Source of the DNA: Candidatus Saccharimonadales bacterium
Lineage (GTDB): Bacteria; Patescibacteriota; Saccharimonadia; Saccharimonadales; UBA10212
Direction: 5' to 3'
Assembly (NCBI GenBank): GCA_038245195.1
Contig: JBBRSU010000001.1
Coordinates: 128,121-192,120 of the forward strand
DNA: 64,000 nucleotides
Below, one piece after another: positions 27,263 to 35,505 of this stretch. Positions within the stretch are counted from its first letter, which is position 1. Every line of letters starts with the position of its first letter. The notes beneath the pieces are model-generated. The model was not told the DNA's origin, searched no databases, and saw nothing but the letters and a program-made list of their open reading frames with translations. The position numbers and the translations under genes were made by a program.

Positions 27263-27380
27263 GGTAAGACAGGGTTCACACCCCTAAATAGTGCGAGTGA
27301 CCTGGGCTAGTGTCACTGATACCCGATCTAAGGTGTCGAACAACTAGCCTGTTTTTCTTTGGTTCAAATTTTAACGGTTC

Positions 27381-27594
27381 GGTCTAGGAACCCAGTCGGG
27401 TTTCACGCCGCTCGCTTCTCATATAGGCTTACGGTCGAATCTAGAACCGAATAACAGAAGGGAAGAGTCAGTATTAAAGCTATTTGATTGGTTCCAACCG
27501 TTTCTGAAAGTATAGGAACCGAACTCGGACTGCTAACAGGAGTGAGACTTTATGGAGAAAGTATCAAAAATAAGAAAGACCGGTCTAGGAACCT
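27381..27594. repeat. array of four copies of a 10-12 bp motif (GGTCTAGGAACC / TMTAGRAACC) next to the tRNA-Asn 3' end
   Basis: The copies are ggtctaggaacc at 27381-27392, gaatctagaacc at 27437-27448, agtataggaacc at 27509-27520 and ggtctaggaacc at 27583-27594. Start-to-start spacings are 56, 72 and 74 nt. Complementary GGTTC(C) half-sites lie at 27361, 27376 and 27490. Confidence 0.7.
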
Positions 27595-27619
27595 GGTCTA
27601 CCTCTGTTGATGCTTGGTC

Positions 27620-27694
27620 TGGCTCCGGAGGCCGGATTCGAACCGGCGACCTGGGGATTAACAGTCCCTCGCTCTACCGCTGAGCTACTCCGGA
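27620..27694 (-). tRNA. tRNA-Asn (anticodon GTT), CCA encoded
   Basis: The reverse complement is TCCGGAG TA GCTC AGCGGTA GAGC G AGGGA CTGTTAA TCCCC AGGTC GCCGG TTCGAAT CCGGC CTCCGGA G CCA. It forms a full cloverleaf with a 7-bp acceptor stem, a T33-GTT-A37 anticodon loop and the TTCGAAT T-loop. Confidence 0.92.
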
Positions 27695-27758
27695 TTAACA
27701 GATTGATTATATGGGAGCGAAAGATAGGGCGTCAATTGTTAAATTCTTTGATTAGGTG

Positions 27759-28808
27759 TTAGCTTTTAGAAAAGCCGGTTGCTGCAATTTTACCCAAACG
27801 GCTGGATACGCTACTGTATTGCACATCTTTCCCGGTTAATTCTTCTAAGTCCTGGACGATTTCAGCGTAAATCAAGTCCGTGATCTGGGCATAGTTATAA
27901 GATTTAAGCATCTGCTGAACATCGATAATGTCGTGTACACGCAAATGCCAATCTTCTAATACAGGGGGCCCAACTAATGTAATCGCTACTGCGTCGTCAA
28001 AATCCTCGACCAACTTAGCCGAAGACTGATGGATCTCGGGTATTCTATAATGCTCAAACACACCATCTTCATCCAACACTGGCTTTACCTCACTACCGCT
28101 TAAGGCAATGTCTAGCTCTAAGCCCCCAGCTTTTAAATCGGGTAGGAGGACTTTTTTGAAGAGTGCATTAGTGAGGTCTGATGCACTGTCTGGAATTCCG
28201 TATTTTTCAGCGGAGAGACTTTTAGGGCTAGAAAAGTATACGTTTCCTAATGGTTTAAACTGATTAGTTAATTTTTTACCCCTATATTCTTGGCGCGTCA
28301 TCAATTTATTTAATACTACGCCGTTCTTGTTTATTAAATCTCGGTCTTGTTTCGCCAAGTGCCTTAAGGCTTTTACGTAGCCCATCTCCTGAAAATTAAT
28401 ATGCGAAGTAACTACGAGCGTATTTTTACCCTGGGCATGGTTGTTATTTAGTCGGTCGGGCAAAGTAGTAGAATCCGATTCCGAAGCTGGGTGCTCATGG
28501 AGTTGATGAAGAAGTTTTTGTGTAGCAACTACTCCAATTGATCTCATGAGTCTTAGTCTGAACCCTAGATAATATAGACTGTCTGGTAAGTTTGGAAATA
28601 TAGTCTGAGCGTCAACCTTAGGCATATAAATTCCCTGTTCGGGGTGAGAAGTAATATCAAAGTTGAACGGCTGGAGTTTGGAGCCTGGTCTACTGCTCAT
28701 ATCCTCTAGCCAAGGGTCATAGGCCTTATGTAAACCTATAGTTGGGTCGCCGTATCTTTTGTAGAATCTGGAGTACTGACCAGCTTCAATTTCTTGCGGA
28801 TTAGTCAT
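27759..28808 (-). CDS. hypothetical protein (349 aa)
   Basis: Long clean ORF with no confident family. There is only a weak, unverified resemblance to acyltransferase motifs (VVTSHINFQE, ALSGSEV). Confidence 0.5.
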   Translation of the reverse strand: MTNPQEIEAGQYSRFYKRYGDPTIGLHKAYDPWLEDMSSRPGSKLQPFNFDITSHPEQGIYMPKVDAQTIFPNLPDSLYYLGFRLRLMRSIGVVATQKLLHQLHEHPASESDSTTLPDRLNNNHAQGKNTLVVTSHINFQEMGYVKALRHLAKQDRDLINKNGVVLNKLMTRQEYRGKKLTNQFKPLGNVYFSSPKSLSAEKYGIPDSASDLTNALFKKVLLPDLKAGGLELDIALSGSEVKPVLDEDGVFEHYRIPEIHQSSAKLVEDFDDAVAITLVGPPVLEDWHLRVHDIIDVQQMLKSYNYAQITDLIYAEIVQDLEELTGKDVQYSSVSSRLGKIAATGFSKS

Positions 28809-28819
28809 ATAAGTGTTCT

Positions 28820-28828
28820 ATTATAGCA
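28820..28828 (-). promoter_or_regulatory. extended -10 element TGCTATAAT (minus strand), 11 nt upstream of ATG 28808
   Basis: Forward attatagca is the reverse complement of TGCTATAAT. No SD lies between it and the start codon. Confidence 0.4.
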
Positions 28829-29000
28829 AATTTAATGAGAAAAGTACTACAAAAATGTGAAGCAGACCGTGGTATTATTAAATTCTTAACAAATGGGTTG
28901 CTGGAAGTTAGTGAAAATCTAACACTGTGCCGCAACGGTGATGCGCTTTTAAGCGATAAGTCCGATACAGCTTTTTAGTAAATTTGCTCCCGAGCAGGAG

Positions 29001-29025
29001 AAGTACTTAACTTATCAAGTATTTT
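29001..29025. repeat. degenerate copy of the TACTTAAC/GTTAAGTA palindrome family
   Basis: aagtacttaacttatcaagtatttt has an intact left arm and 2 changes in the right arm. It sits in the divergent intergenic region 28809-29056. Confidence 0.6.
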
Positions 29026-29056
29026 AAACCTCTGCCAGCGAGCCGGGGTATTTTTT

Positions 29057-30475
29057 TTGGAAACAAGCGAAAAATTAATTGAACGAACTAGGCCCAGGCT
29101 AGCCTGTGAAATCTATGATCAGCCGACAATGGAACAGCAAGCTTGGCTATTAATTAATTCGCGTGACCAAATCGAGCACGACCGCTGGGAACAAGAACCA
29201 AGTATAAATGCTAGAACCGCATTATTCGAGGCCCTTACAGCCAAAGGCCATCTATCCAGAATTGAATTTAATGAACCTCCAGAGTTAACCAACCAACGAA
29301 CTCTTCAAAGATTGATAAATGGTTGGGCTGATAGTCTGCCAGACTGGGAAAAACAACGCCGGTTTTCAGAAATTGTCGAGGAACTAACGATACATGAGGT
29401 CTATGAAGATATTAAAGCCGGTCTGTTGCCTGAAGATACCATAATTATCACTATCTCCAATTTTCCGCAGGGCGTTTCGGAGCAAGAAGCCACCCAAAAC
29501 GGTTATGGGGTACTGAATCAAAAAGGGATGACCCGAACAACCGCCTTTGAAGATGAGTTTAGAGTATTGGAGCAAGCGTCTAGGAGCAATAGTAACGACG
29601 GCAGTGCCGAGCGTTTCTTCTCAGCTCAAGGTCTTGTAGCTGAGCAGGGGGCTAATCAGCTATTGGCTAATCAGATTATAGCTACCAAACGTGATTTCCC
29701 GGACGGTGTAGTAAGCATCCAACAAATTTTAGACAGCTACTCTGGACCAAATGTTATTTACGGGGAAAATCGCCATCAAATGGATTTTAATGTTCCGGAA
29801 TATTATGAGCTTAGAGATATATCCGCCCAACGAGAGTTACAAGCCGAAAGTTTTATAAAAATACTAGAGAACTATGAGCGGCAGTTAAATATTAGCTACA
29901 ATGCTGGGCATATAAACTATGACCAGAAACTTTCAGCCTTATATATAAAACGCAAAGAACTGGTAGCTCAGATATGTTTGCTTTGTCCTGATTATGCCAA
30001 GGATGCTATGGGTGAACGATCGGCTGAATATATTAAGCAAGCGTCATATGCCATGGCCGCCGGCAATGATTCGGCCGGTATGCAGCACATGGAAATGGCA
30101 GTATCAGTTGCCGACTCTCGGGCCGGAGCGGTTTGCGGTGGTAGTGGGCTAGAATCGAATGACATTAACAATAATTCCAACTCCGATGTTAAGCTCATCT
30201 ATCTTGAAGCCAAAGAAGAGCGCAAAAACTGGAAATGGGCTCGCGGAGTTTGTGTAGTTAAAGAGTGTCCTAGCCGCCCGGTAAAAACCGAAGTTGGTCC
30301 GTGTAGCGTCTGCCGAAATTGCCAAAATATATTCGATAAAGGCGATACTCCCAAGCAAATTTATAAAGTCTTAGGTTTCTTGGATATTTTGTTTGAATCG
30401 CTGGCCGAATTCAATCGAAAATACGATGCCGAGCAAGCTGAAAAGAAAGCTAATAAGTCGAAGTTAGCTGCGTAA
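29057..30475 (+). CDS. hypothetical protein (472 aa) with C-terminal Cys-rich zinc-ribbon-like motif
   Basis: Long ORF. The start is uncertain: TTG at 29057 has no SD. The C-terminus reads CVVKECPSRPVKTEVGPCSVCRNC. No family recognised. Confidence 0.5.
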   Translation: METSEKLIERTRPRLACEIYDQPTMEQQAWLLINSRDQIEHDRWEQEPSINARTALFEALTAKGHLSRIEFNEPPELTNQRTLQRLINGWADSLPDWEKQRRFSEIVEELTIHEVYEDIKAGLLPEDTIIITISNFPQGVSEQEATQNGYGVLNQKGMTRTTAFEDEFRVLEQASRSNSNDGSAERFFSAQGLVAEQGANQLLANQIIATKRDFPDGVVSIQQILDSYSGPNVIYGENRHQMDFNVPEYYELRDISAQRELQAESFIKILENYERQLNISYNAGHINYDQKLSALYIKRKELVAQICLLCPDYAKDAMGERSAEYIKQASYAMAAGNDSAGMQHMEMAVSVADSRAGAVCGGSGLESNDINNNSNSDVKLIYLEAKEERKNWKWARGVCVVKECPSRPVKTEVGPCSVCRNCQNIFDKGDTPKQIYKVLGFLDILFESLAEFNRKYDAEQAEKKANKSKLAA

Positions 30476-30499
30476 AAATACTTAACTTGTTAAGTATTT
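30476..30499. repeat. palindrome family copy (exact 24-mer aaatacttaacttgttaagtattt)
   Basis: It has 11-bp perfect arms around TT. It fills the whole 22-nt gap between two convergent genes, whose stops are at 30473-30475 and 30498-30500. Confidence 0.9.
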
Positions 30500-32252
30500 A
30501 AGATTTGGCACGGCTAAGGCTGGCTAGGCTGCCCACTACGCTATGGCCCAGTTTTTTACGCTTAACTTTGCGCTGTTCCACGCCGTGCTGCTTCTTAAGA
30601 TAGCGGATGTGTTGTTCGCGGATTCGTTTAAAGTCCGATTTAGCAAAGCCGGACTTTTTTACAAAAGCCCCGATTTTTTCACCGCCAATAAAGTGCGGTA
30701 ATATCACATAGCTGGCGCCCTCATCGTAAAGTTTGCCGGCTTGTTTGGGGCTGTCGGCTTCGGCAATCACCACAGCTTCAGAATTTTTACGTTTCAAATA
30801 ATCTAGTAAAAACGAATTTGCCACCGGATCGGTGATGGTTGAAACAATTAGCTTGGCTCTGCTGATGTTGGCTTCGTCTAGCAGTTCTACGTCGGTACTA
30901 TCACCATAAATATGGGGGATTTTGCGCTGAATTAGGACATCGATAATTTCCGGGTCATAATCTACCACCACAAAACTACCTTTCAGTTGACGAAAAACTT
31001 TCACAAACTCATGGCCGCCTTTTTGATAGCCAAACAACACCATTTCGTAATTTTTAGGCTGAGCCGGCTCGCTGTGAGTATGGCTGCGCTCGAAAATATC
31101 CAAAAATCGTTCTAGCACACTAAAAATTCGCTCGCTAAAGATAATTAAATAAGATGATGCAGCGATAGAAACTAGGGCGATAAAAGTAATTGCTGTGACT
31201 AAACTGGAATCGATTAAGCCACGGCGATGGGCCAGCAGAACAAGCACAATTGAGAACTCACTAACTTGGGCCAGGGCCACCGAGGCTTTAAAACTGGTGC
31301 GCTTAGTGTAGCCAAGATAGCCCATTACGGCCATTGAAACTAAGGGCTTGGCAATAATAACTATTAAAGCTGAAACTAAAATTACTGGGAACATAGGGCC
31401 GATATGGTTGAGGTTGAGATTGGCACCCAATGCAATGAAGAAAACGATGACAAAAAAATCACGCAGTGGTCGCAAGCGAGCAGCAATTTCTTGGGCGTAG
31501 GGCTGAGTGGCCAGGCAAATACCGGCCAGCAGAGCCCCAATTTCGCTAGATAAGCCAATTTTTTGAAACAAGGCAGCGGCACCCAAGCCCCAAGCAATCG
31601 CAAATAAAAACAAAAATTCCTGACTGCCGGAAATTAGTCGATGATAACGTGGCAGTAACCGGTCGCTGATCCAGTAAATCACCAAACCCAAGACCCCGCC
31701 TTTTATAGCCAGCACAATTGTCGAACCAAGGGCTAGCGATTTGGTGTTGCCGGCCGAGGTTATCACTACCAACATAATCGCGAATAAGTCCTGAACCAAA
31801 GACACACTAATGGCAATTTTGCCGTATAGACGTGATTGCTCACGCTTATCACTTAGCATTTTTAGAATGATAATCGTGCTAGAAACTGCCAGACTGGCAC
31901 CCAAAAAAGCCGCCCCAGTGGAGCTTAAGCCTAGGGCTTTACCAAAAACCCAACCAAGGGCTGTGATAACTCCAACTTGGACTGAAGCCACATAGGTAGC
32001 AGTTTTACTAACCTCACGGACAATTTGCGGGTTTAACCCCAAGCCGATGATGAACAACAACAGGGCAATGCCTAGATCGGAAAATAGAGCCAAAGTGTCT
32101 GGTGATTTGGCAACATGGAATACCGCCGGTCCAACAATAATGCCAGTTAGGATGTGGCCAATAATTAGTGGCTGGTTGATGGCCCGCATCATTAACGCCA
32201 TAGCCGCACCGATTACGATAATTAAGCTAAGACCGGAAAATACGGTATCCAT
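30498..32252 (-). CDS. cation:proton antiporter (CPA2/Kef-type) with C-terminal RCK/TrkA-N domain
   Basis: 584 aa. About 12 TM segments form a Na_H_exchanger-like domain. This is followed by MVLFGYQKGGHEFVKVF...VVDYDPE, a Rossmann-type RCK domain. Confidence 0.8.
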   Translation of the reverse strand: MDTVFSGLSLIIVIGAAMALMMRAINQPLIIGHILTGIIVGPAVFHVAKSPDTLALFSDLGIALLLFIIGLGLNPQIVREVSKTATYVASVQVGVITALGWVFGKALGLSSTGAAFLGASLAVSSTIIILKMLSDKREQSRLYGKIAISVSLVQDLFAIMLVVITSAGNTKSLALGSTIVLAIKGGVLGLVIYWISDRLLPRYHRLISGSQEFLFLFAIAWGLGAAALFQKIGLSSEIGALLAGICLATQPYAQEIAARLRPLRDFFVIVFFIALGANLNLNHIGPMFPVILVSALIVIIAKPLVSMAVMGYLGYTKRTSFKASVALAQVSEFSIVLVLLAHRRGLIDSSLVTAITFIALVSIAASSYLIIFSERIFSVLERFLDIFERSHTHSEPAQPKNYEMVLFGYQKGGHEFVKVFRQLKGSFVVVDYDPEIIDVLIQRKIPHIYGDSTDVELLDEANISRAKLIVSTITDPVANSFLLDYLKRKNSEAVVIAEADSPKQAGKLYDEGASYVILPHFIGGEKIGAFVKKSGFAKSDFKRIREQHIRYLKKQHGVEQRKVKRKKLGHSVVGSLASLSRAKS

Positions 32253-32253
32253 C

Positions 32254-33618
32254 CTAATGAACTAGCGAGAAAATCGCTGCTCCGCCAGCCAATATCATCA
32301 GGCCGGTAACCGCCCAGCCAATAATTGTAGTGGAGGGTTTGTTAACCCACGGGCCCATAATTTTTTTGTTACTGCTAATGATTACAATTAGTACTAGCAC
32401 CACAGGGGCTACAACGCCATTAAACACAGCCGAGTATATCAAGGCCTTAATTGGGTCTAGCCCGATAAAATTCAACCCCAACCCGATTAGCATCGATAAA
32501 ATAATAACCCCATAAAAAGCATGGGCTTGTTTAAATTTACGGTAAAGGCCTTCGTTTAGCTTAAAACTCTCAGCAAATGCGTAACTGCTAGCACCGGCCA
32601 GTACCGGTATAGCCAGCAGGCCGGTACCGATAATGCCTACAGCGAATAGTAAGTAGGTAGCGTTACCGGCAAACGGCCGTAGGGCTTCGGCCGCCTGGGC
32701 GGCGGTGGTAATTTTAGTTATCCCGTGAGTGAATAATAGAGCACCGGAAGCGGCGATAATAAAGAACATCACTAAGTTACTTAGCAACATACCGCTCCAG
32801 ACATCTATACGCATATTGTGTACATCAGCCTTATGTACGTCGTTTTGGCGGGAAGTTATGCTGGTTTTCCCATCCATGATTTCCTGCTCGACTTCTTGCG
32901 AGGTCTGCCAAAAGAAAAGATATGGCGAAATGGTCGTACCCAAAATCGCACAAATTAGTAAAATCTGGTCCTTGCTCCAAGTGATACTTGGTATCGTAGC
33001 GTGTTTTAGCACATCACCCCAATTTAAGTGGGCCAGCAAAGCCGAGGCGATATAAGCCAACAGCACTAAGGCCAGCCACTTTAGGTATTTGGCGTAGCGG
33101 GCGTATGGTGTGAATATTTGCAAGCCGACACTTAATAAGGTAAAGCCGATAACCAATGCCGGAAAGTTTAAACTCGGCCGCAGTAGTTGGGCACCTTTGG
33201 CCATGGCGCCTAGGTCGGCACCAATGTTGAAGGCGTTGGCCGCGAATAAAAGCAAGGTGCAGGCGTATAAAACTTTTTTGGAAAAATGTGTCCGAATAAC
33301 CCCGGCCAGGCCACGGCCGGTCACCATGCCAATCCGGGCGCACATTTCCTGTACAACGGCCATTAGCGGAAATGTAATAATCGATAGCCAGAGTAGCTGA
33401 AAGCCGTACTGGGCACCGGTTTGGGAATAAGTGGCAATGCCGGATGGGTCGTCGTCTGATGCGCCAGTTGTCAGTCCAGGGCCTAAAATATTCCAGTATT
33501 CACGGGTTTTCTTGACAGTTTTGGTGGCACCAACTTGCTTAACCCTATTGGAAACCGCGTCGTTAATAGACCCGACTTCGTTTTCGGCTCTTTGCTGAAT
33601 TGTCTGTTTTTTTACCAT
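32254..33618 (-). CDS. mntH: NRAMP-family divalent metal (Mn2+/Fe2+) transporter
   Basis: GPGLTTGASDDDPSGIATYSQTGAQYGFQLLW and MVTGRGLA are NRAMP signatures. 11 TM segments. Confidence 0.8.
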   Translation of the reverse strand: MVKKQTIQQRAENEVGSINDAVSNRVKQVGATKTVKKTREYWNILGPGLTTGASDDDPSGIATYSQTGAQYGFQLLWLSIITFPLMAVVQEMCARIGMVTGRGLAGVIRTHFSKKVLYACTLLLFAANAFNIGADLGAMAKGAQLLRPSLNFPALVIGFTLLSVGLQIFTPYARYAKYLKWLALVLLAYIASALLAHLNWGDVLKHATIPSITWSKDQILLICAILGTTISPYLFFWQTSQEVEQEIMDGKTSITSRQNDVHKADVHNMRIDVWSGMLLSNLVMFFIIAASGALLFTHGITKITTAAQAAEALRPFAGNATYLLFAVGIIGTGLLAIPVLAGASSYAFAESFKLNEGLYRKFKQAHAFYGVIILSMLIGLGLNFIGLDPIKALIYSAVFNGVVAPVVLVLIVIISSNKKIMGPWVNKPSTTIIGWAVTGLMILAGGAAIFSLVH

Positions 33619-33711
33619 GTATGCCCGCTTTATTCCGCTTAAGCATTATGGTATAACCTCTTGAGCTAAAAGCCAAGTGCGGTTAATCCCAATCGGGGCG
33701 TAAGTCTGAGT

Positions 33712-33735
33712 AAATACTTAACTTGTTAAGTATTT
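33712..33735. repeat. palindrome family copy (exact 24-mer aaatacttaacttgttaagtattt)
   Basis: It is identical to the copy at 30476-30499. It overlaps the stop codon (33734-33736) of the DsbA-like gene. Confidence 0.9.
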
Positions 33736-34414
33736 ACGGCTTGGTTTTAGCGTCGATTTCGGCTTTGATAGCTGCACCAATTTTATCAGCACTAGGCGCA
33801 CCAGTTTGAGCATCGACTAATCCGCTGTTAGGCAGATATTTTCCGTCTAGGAAAAAGGTTGGCGTGGCTTTTTCTTGTTTGGTTTTATCAAAAGCCGCGA
33901 TATCGGCGTTAATTGAATCGTTAACTTGTGAGCTGGCATAATCGGTTTTGAACTGGCTAACATTTAAGCCGATTTGTTGAGCGTACTGAGCGAAAGTGTC
34001 CAGCGGGCTAGTAGAGCTTACCCAGGAATTCTGGTTTTCGTAGAGTTTATCGTGCATCTGCCAAAACTTGCCCTGCAACGATGCGGCTTCGGCCGCCCTA
34101 GCACCAGCAAAAGCGTTTTGGTGGATGGCCGTTAAGGGAAGGTTGCTAAACTGAAAATGAATGTCGTTGGAGTATTGGCTAAACATCTGTTTTAGAGGCA
34201 AGTAATAGGCTTCGCAGATTGGACATTCGTAATCGCCGTATTCAACCAGACTAACGTTTTTTAAGCCCTTACCTTCAACGTGAGAAGAAACTTGGCTGCC
34301 GCTGTTTTTTGAGCCGGATCCACTAGAATTGCTGCTGGAATGCTGGCTAATCACAAAAATTCCCACAAAAACAATAGCTATTCCACTAAGAATTCCCAAA
34401 AACCGCTTATCCAT
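33734..34414 (-). CDS. DsbA-family thiol:disulfide oxidoreductase, membrane-anchored
   Basis: It has an N-terminal TM segment, a Ser-rich linker, the CPICEAY active site (CxxC) and a thioredoxin fold. Confidence 0.75.
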   Translation of the reverse strand: MDKRFLGILSGIAIVFVGIFVISQHSSSNSSGSGSKNSGSQVSSHVEGKGLKNVSLVEYGDYECPICEAYYLPLKQMFSQYSNDIHFQFSNLPLTAIHQNAFAGARAAEAASLQGKFWQMHDKLYENQNSWVSSTSPLDTFAQYAQQIGLNVSQFKTDYASSQVNDSINADIAAFDKTKQEKATPTFFLDGKYLPNSGLVDAQTGAPSADKIGAAIKAEIDAKTKP

Positions 34415-34455
34415 ATAATCTCCTTATACTGTCAATACCAGTCTAGCACGAGTTA

Positions 34456-35337
34456 CTAGCCAACAATTGCCGCCGGCAATTCGTGAATACTAGCCAATTT
34501 AAGTACACCGACTGTGAACAAACCGCTTTGCATGAGCTTGCGGGCAATTTCATCATCTGAAAACTCGTCCTGTCGGAGTTGGTTAAGATAAAGACCATAA
34601 GTAATCGAAAGCATACCAAGCGGATGCCTGTCTTCGCTGATATGTTCATTGCGGAACAAGCCATTGATAAAAGAGTTGGGCGAGACGTCTTCGCGAGAGC
34701 CAGCTACGCGGTGCTTGCGCTCTAGTATTTCAGTAGAAGCCCCATGTCGAGCTGCCAGCTCAAACGCTTCGCTGGGCTCAAGGTCCCAGAGACTTTTGTC
34801 ACTGGCTCGTTTGGCTCCGACTTCAATCTCTCGTTCAATGTCACTAATTTCAAGACTATCAACGCCGGCTCGACGCAAACGAGTGTAAACTAGCCCGGCC
34901 ACCACTTCTTTATGCTCATAGTTGTAGCGTAGAGCATCAGCGTTGCAGAGTAGCGTAAGTGCCGCACATCCGGCTTTACCGAGTTTATTATCACCATGGA
35001 ACCACGGCATTCGATCCATAGCGATTAGCTCCTCGACTTTTTCTGGAAGCACCAGACTAAGTGGGCGTGCCTCTAAGCTAGCGTCCATATACTCGCCGGC
35101 AATCTCTGCTATCGCACGATTACCGGGTAACTGGCAGGTGCCGCCCTCAAAACCATCATCCATACAGTGTGAGTCTTTACTCTCAGGGCCAATATATTTA
35201 TTTTTAGCACAATCTCTAACTGCCTCAAGTTCGCGCTCAGAGACCGGTCCGAACTGCCCGCAATTACCTTTCCCCAGTAGGTCGAGTTCTAAGAACTTAA
35301 GTCCATTATCATCTTGTTCATTGGTAATTCTTGGCAT
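34456..35337 (-). CDS. hypothetical protein, moderately GC-rich
   Basis: The ORF extends to 35397. The best start is the ATG at 35337 (MPRITNEQ), preceded by GAAGGAG at 8 nt. Line 34681-34740 is 34/60 GC by hand count. No family recognised. Confidence 0.5.
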   Translation of the reverse strand: MPRITNEQDDNGLKFLELDLLGKGNCGQFGPVSERELEAVRDCAKNKYIGPESKDSHCMDDGFEGGTCQLPGNRAIAEIAGEYMDASLEARPLSLVLPEKVEELIAMDRMPWFHGDNKLGKAGCAALTLLCNADALRYNYEHKEVVAGLVYTRLRRAGVDSLEISDIEREIEVGAKRASDKSLWDLEPSEAFELAARHGASTEILERKHRVAGSREDVSPNSFINGLFRNEHISEDRHPLGMLSITYGLYLNQLRQDEFSDDEIARKLMQSGLFTVGVLKLASIHELPAAIVG

Positions 35338-35505
35338 ATATTCGACTCCTTCAAAATTCGGCATAAATAAAAAATCTCCTAAAGGTAGCCAACACAATAA
35401 GAAGGCAGCACCTATTTATCTTTAAACAACAGTTTTTTAATTTACACCTGTCTTTTGGATATGTAAAGTTAAAATCTTAGATTGGGCGTGTAAAATGGAA
35501 GACAG

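Noticed and set aside
27381-27594. Mini-CRISPR array
   Set aside because: The repeats are only 10-12 bp, imperfect and irregularly spaced (56-74 nt). No cas genes are in the window.
33619-33733. Possible Mn2+ (yybP-ykoY-type) riboswitch in the 115-nt leader of the NRAMP gene
   Set aside because: I could not recognise the conserved riboswitch core sequences by eye. The region is largely occupied by the palindrome copy and a probable promoter. It would need a covariance-model search.
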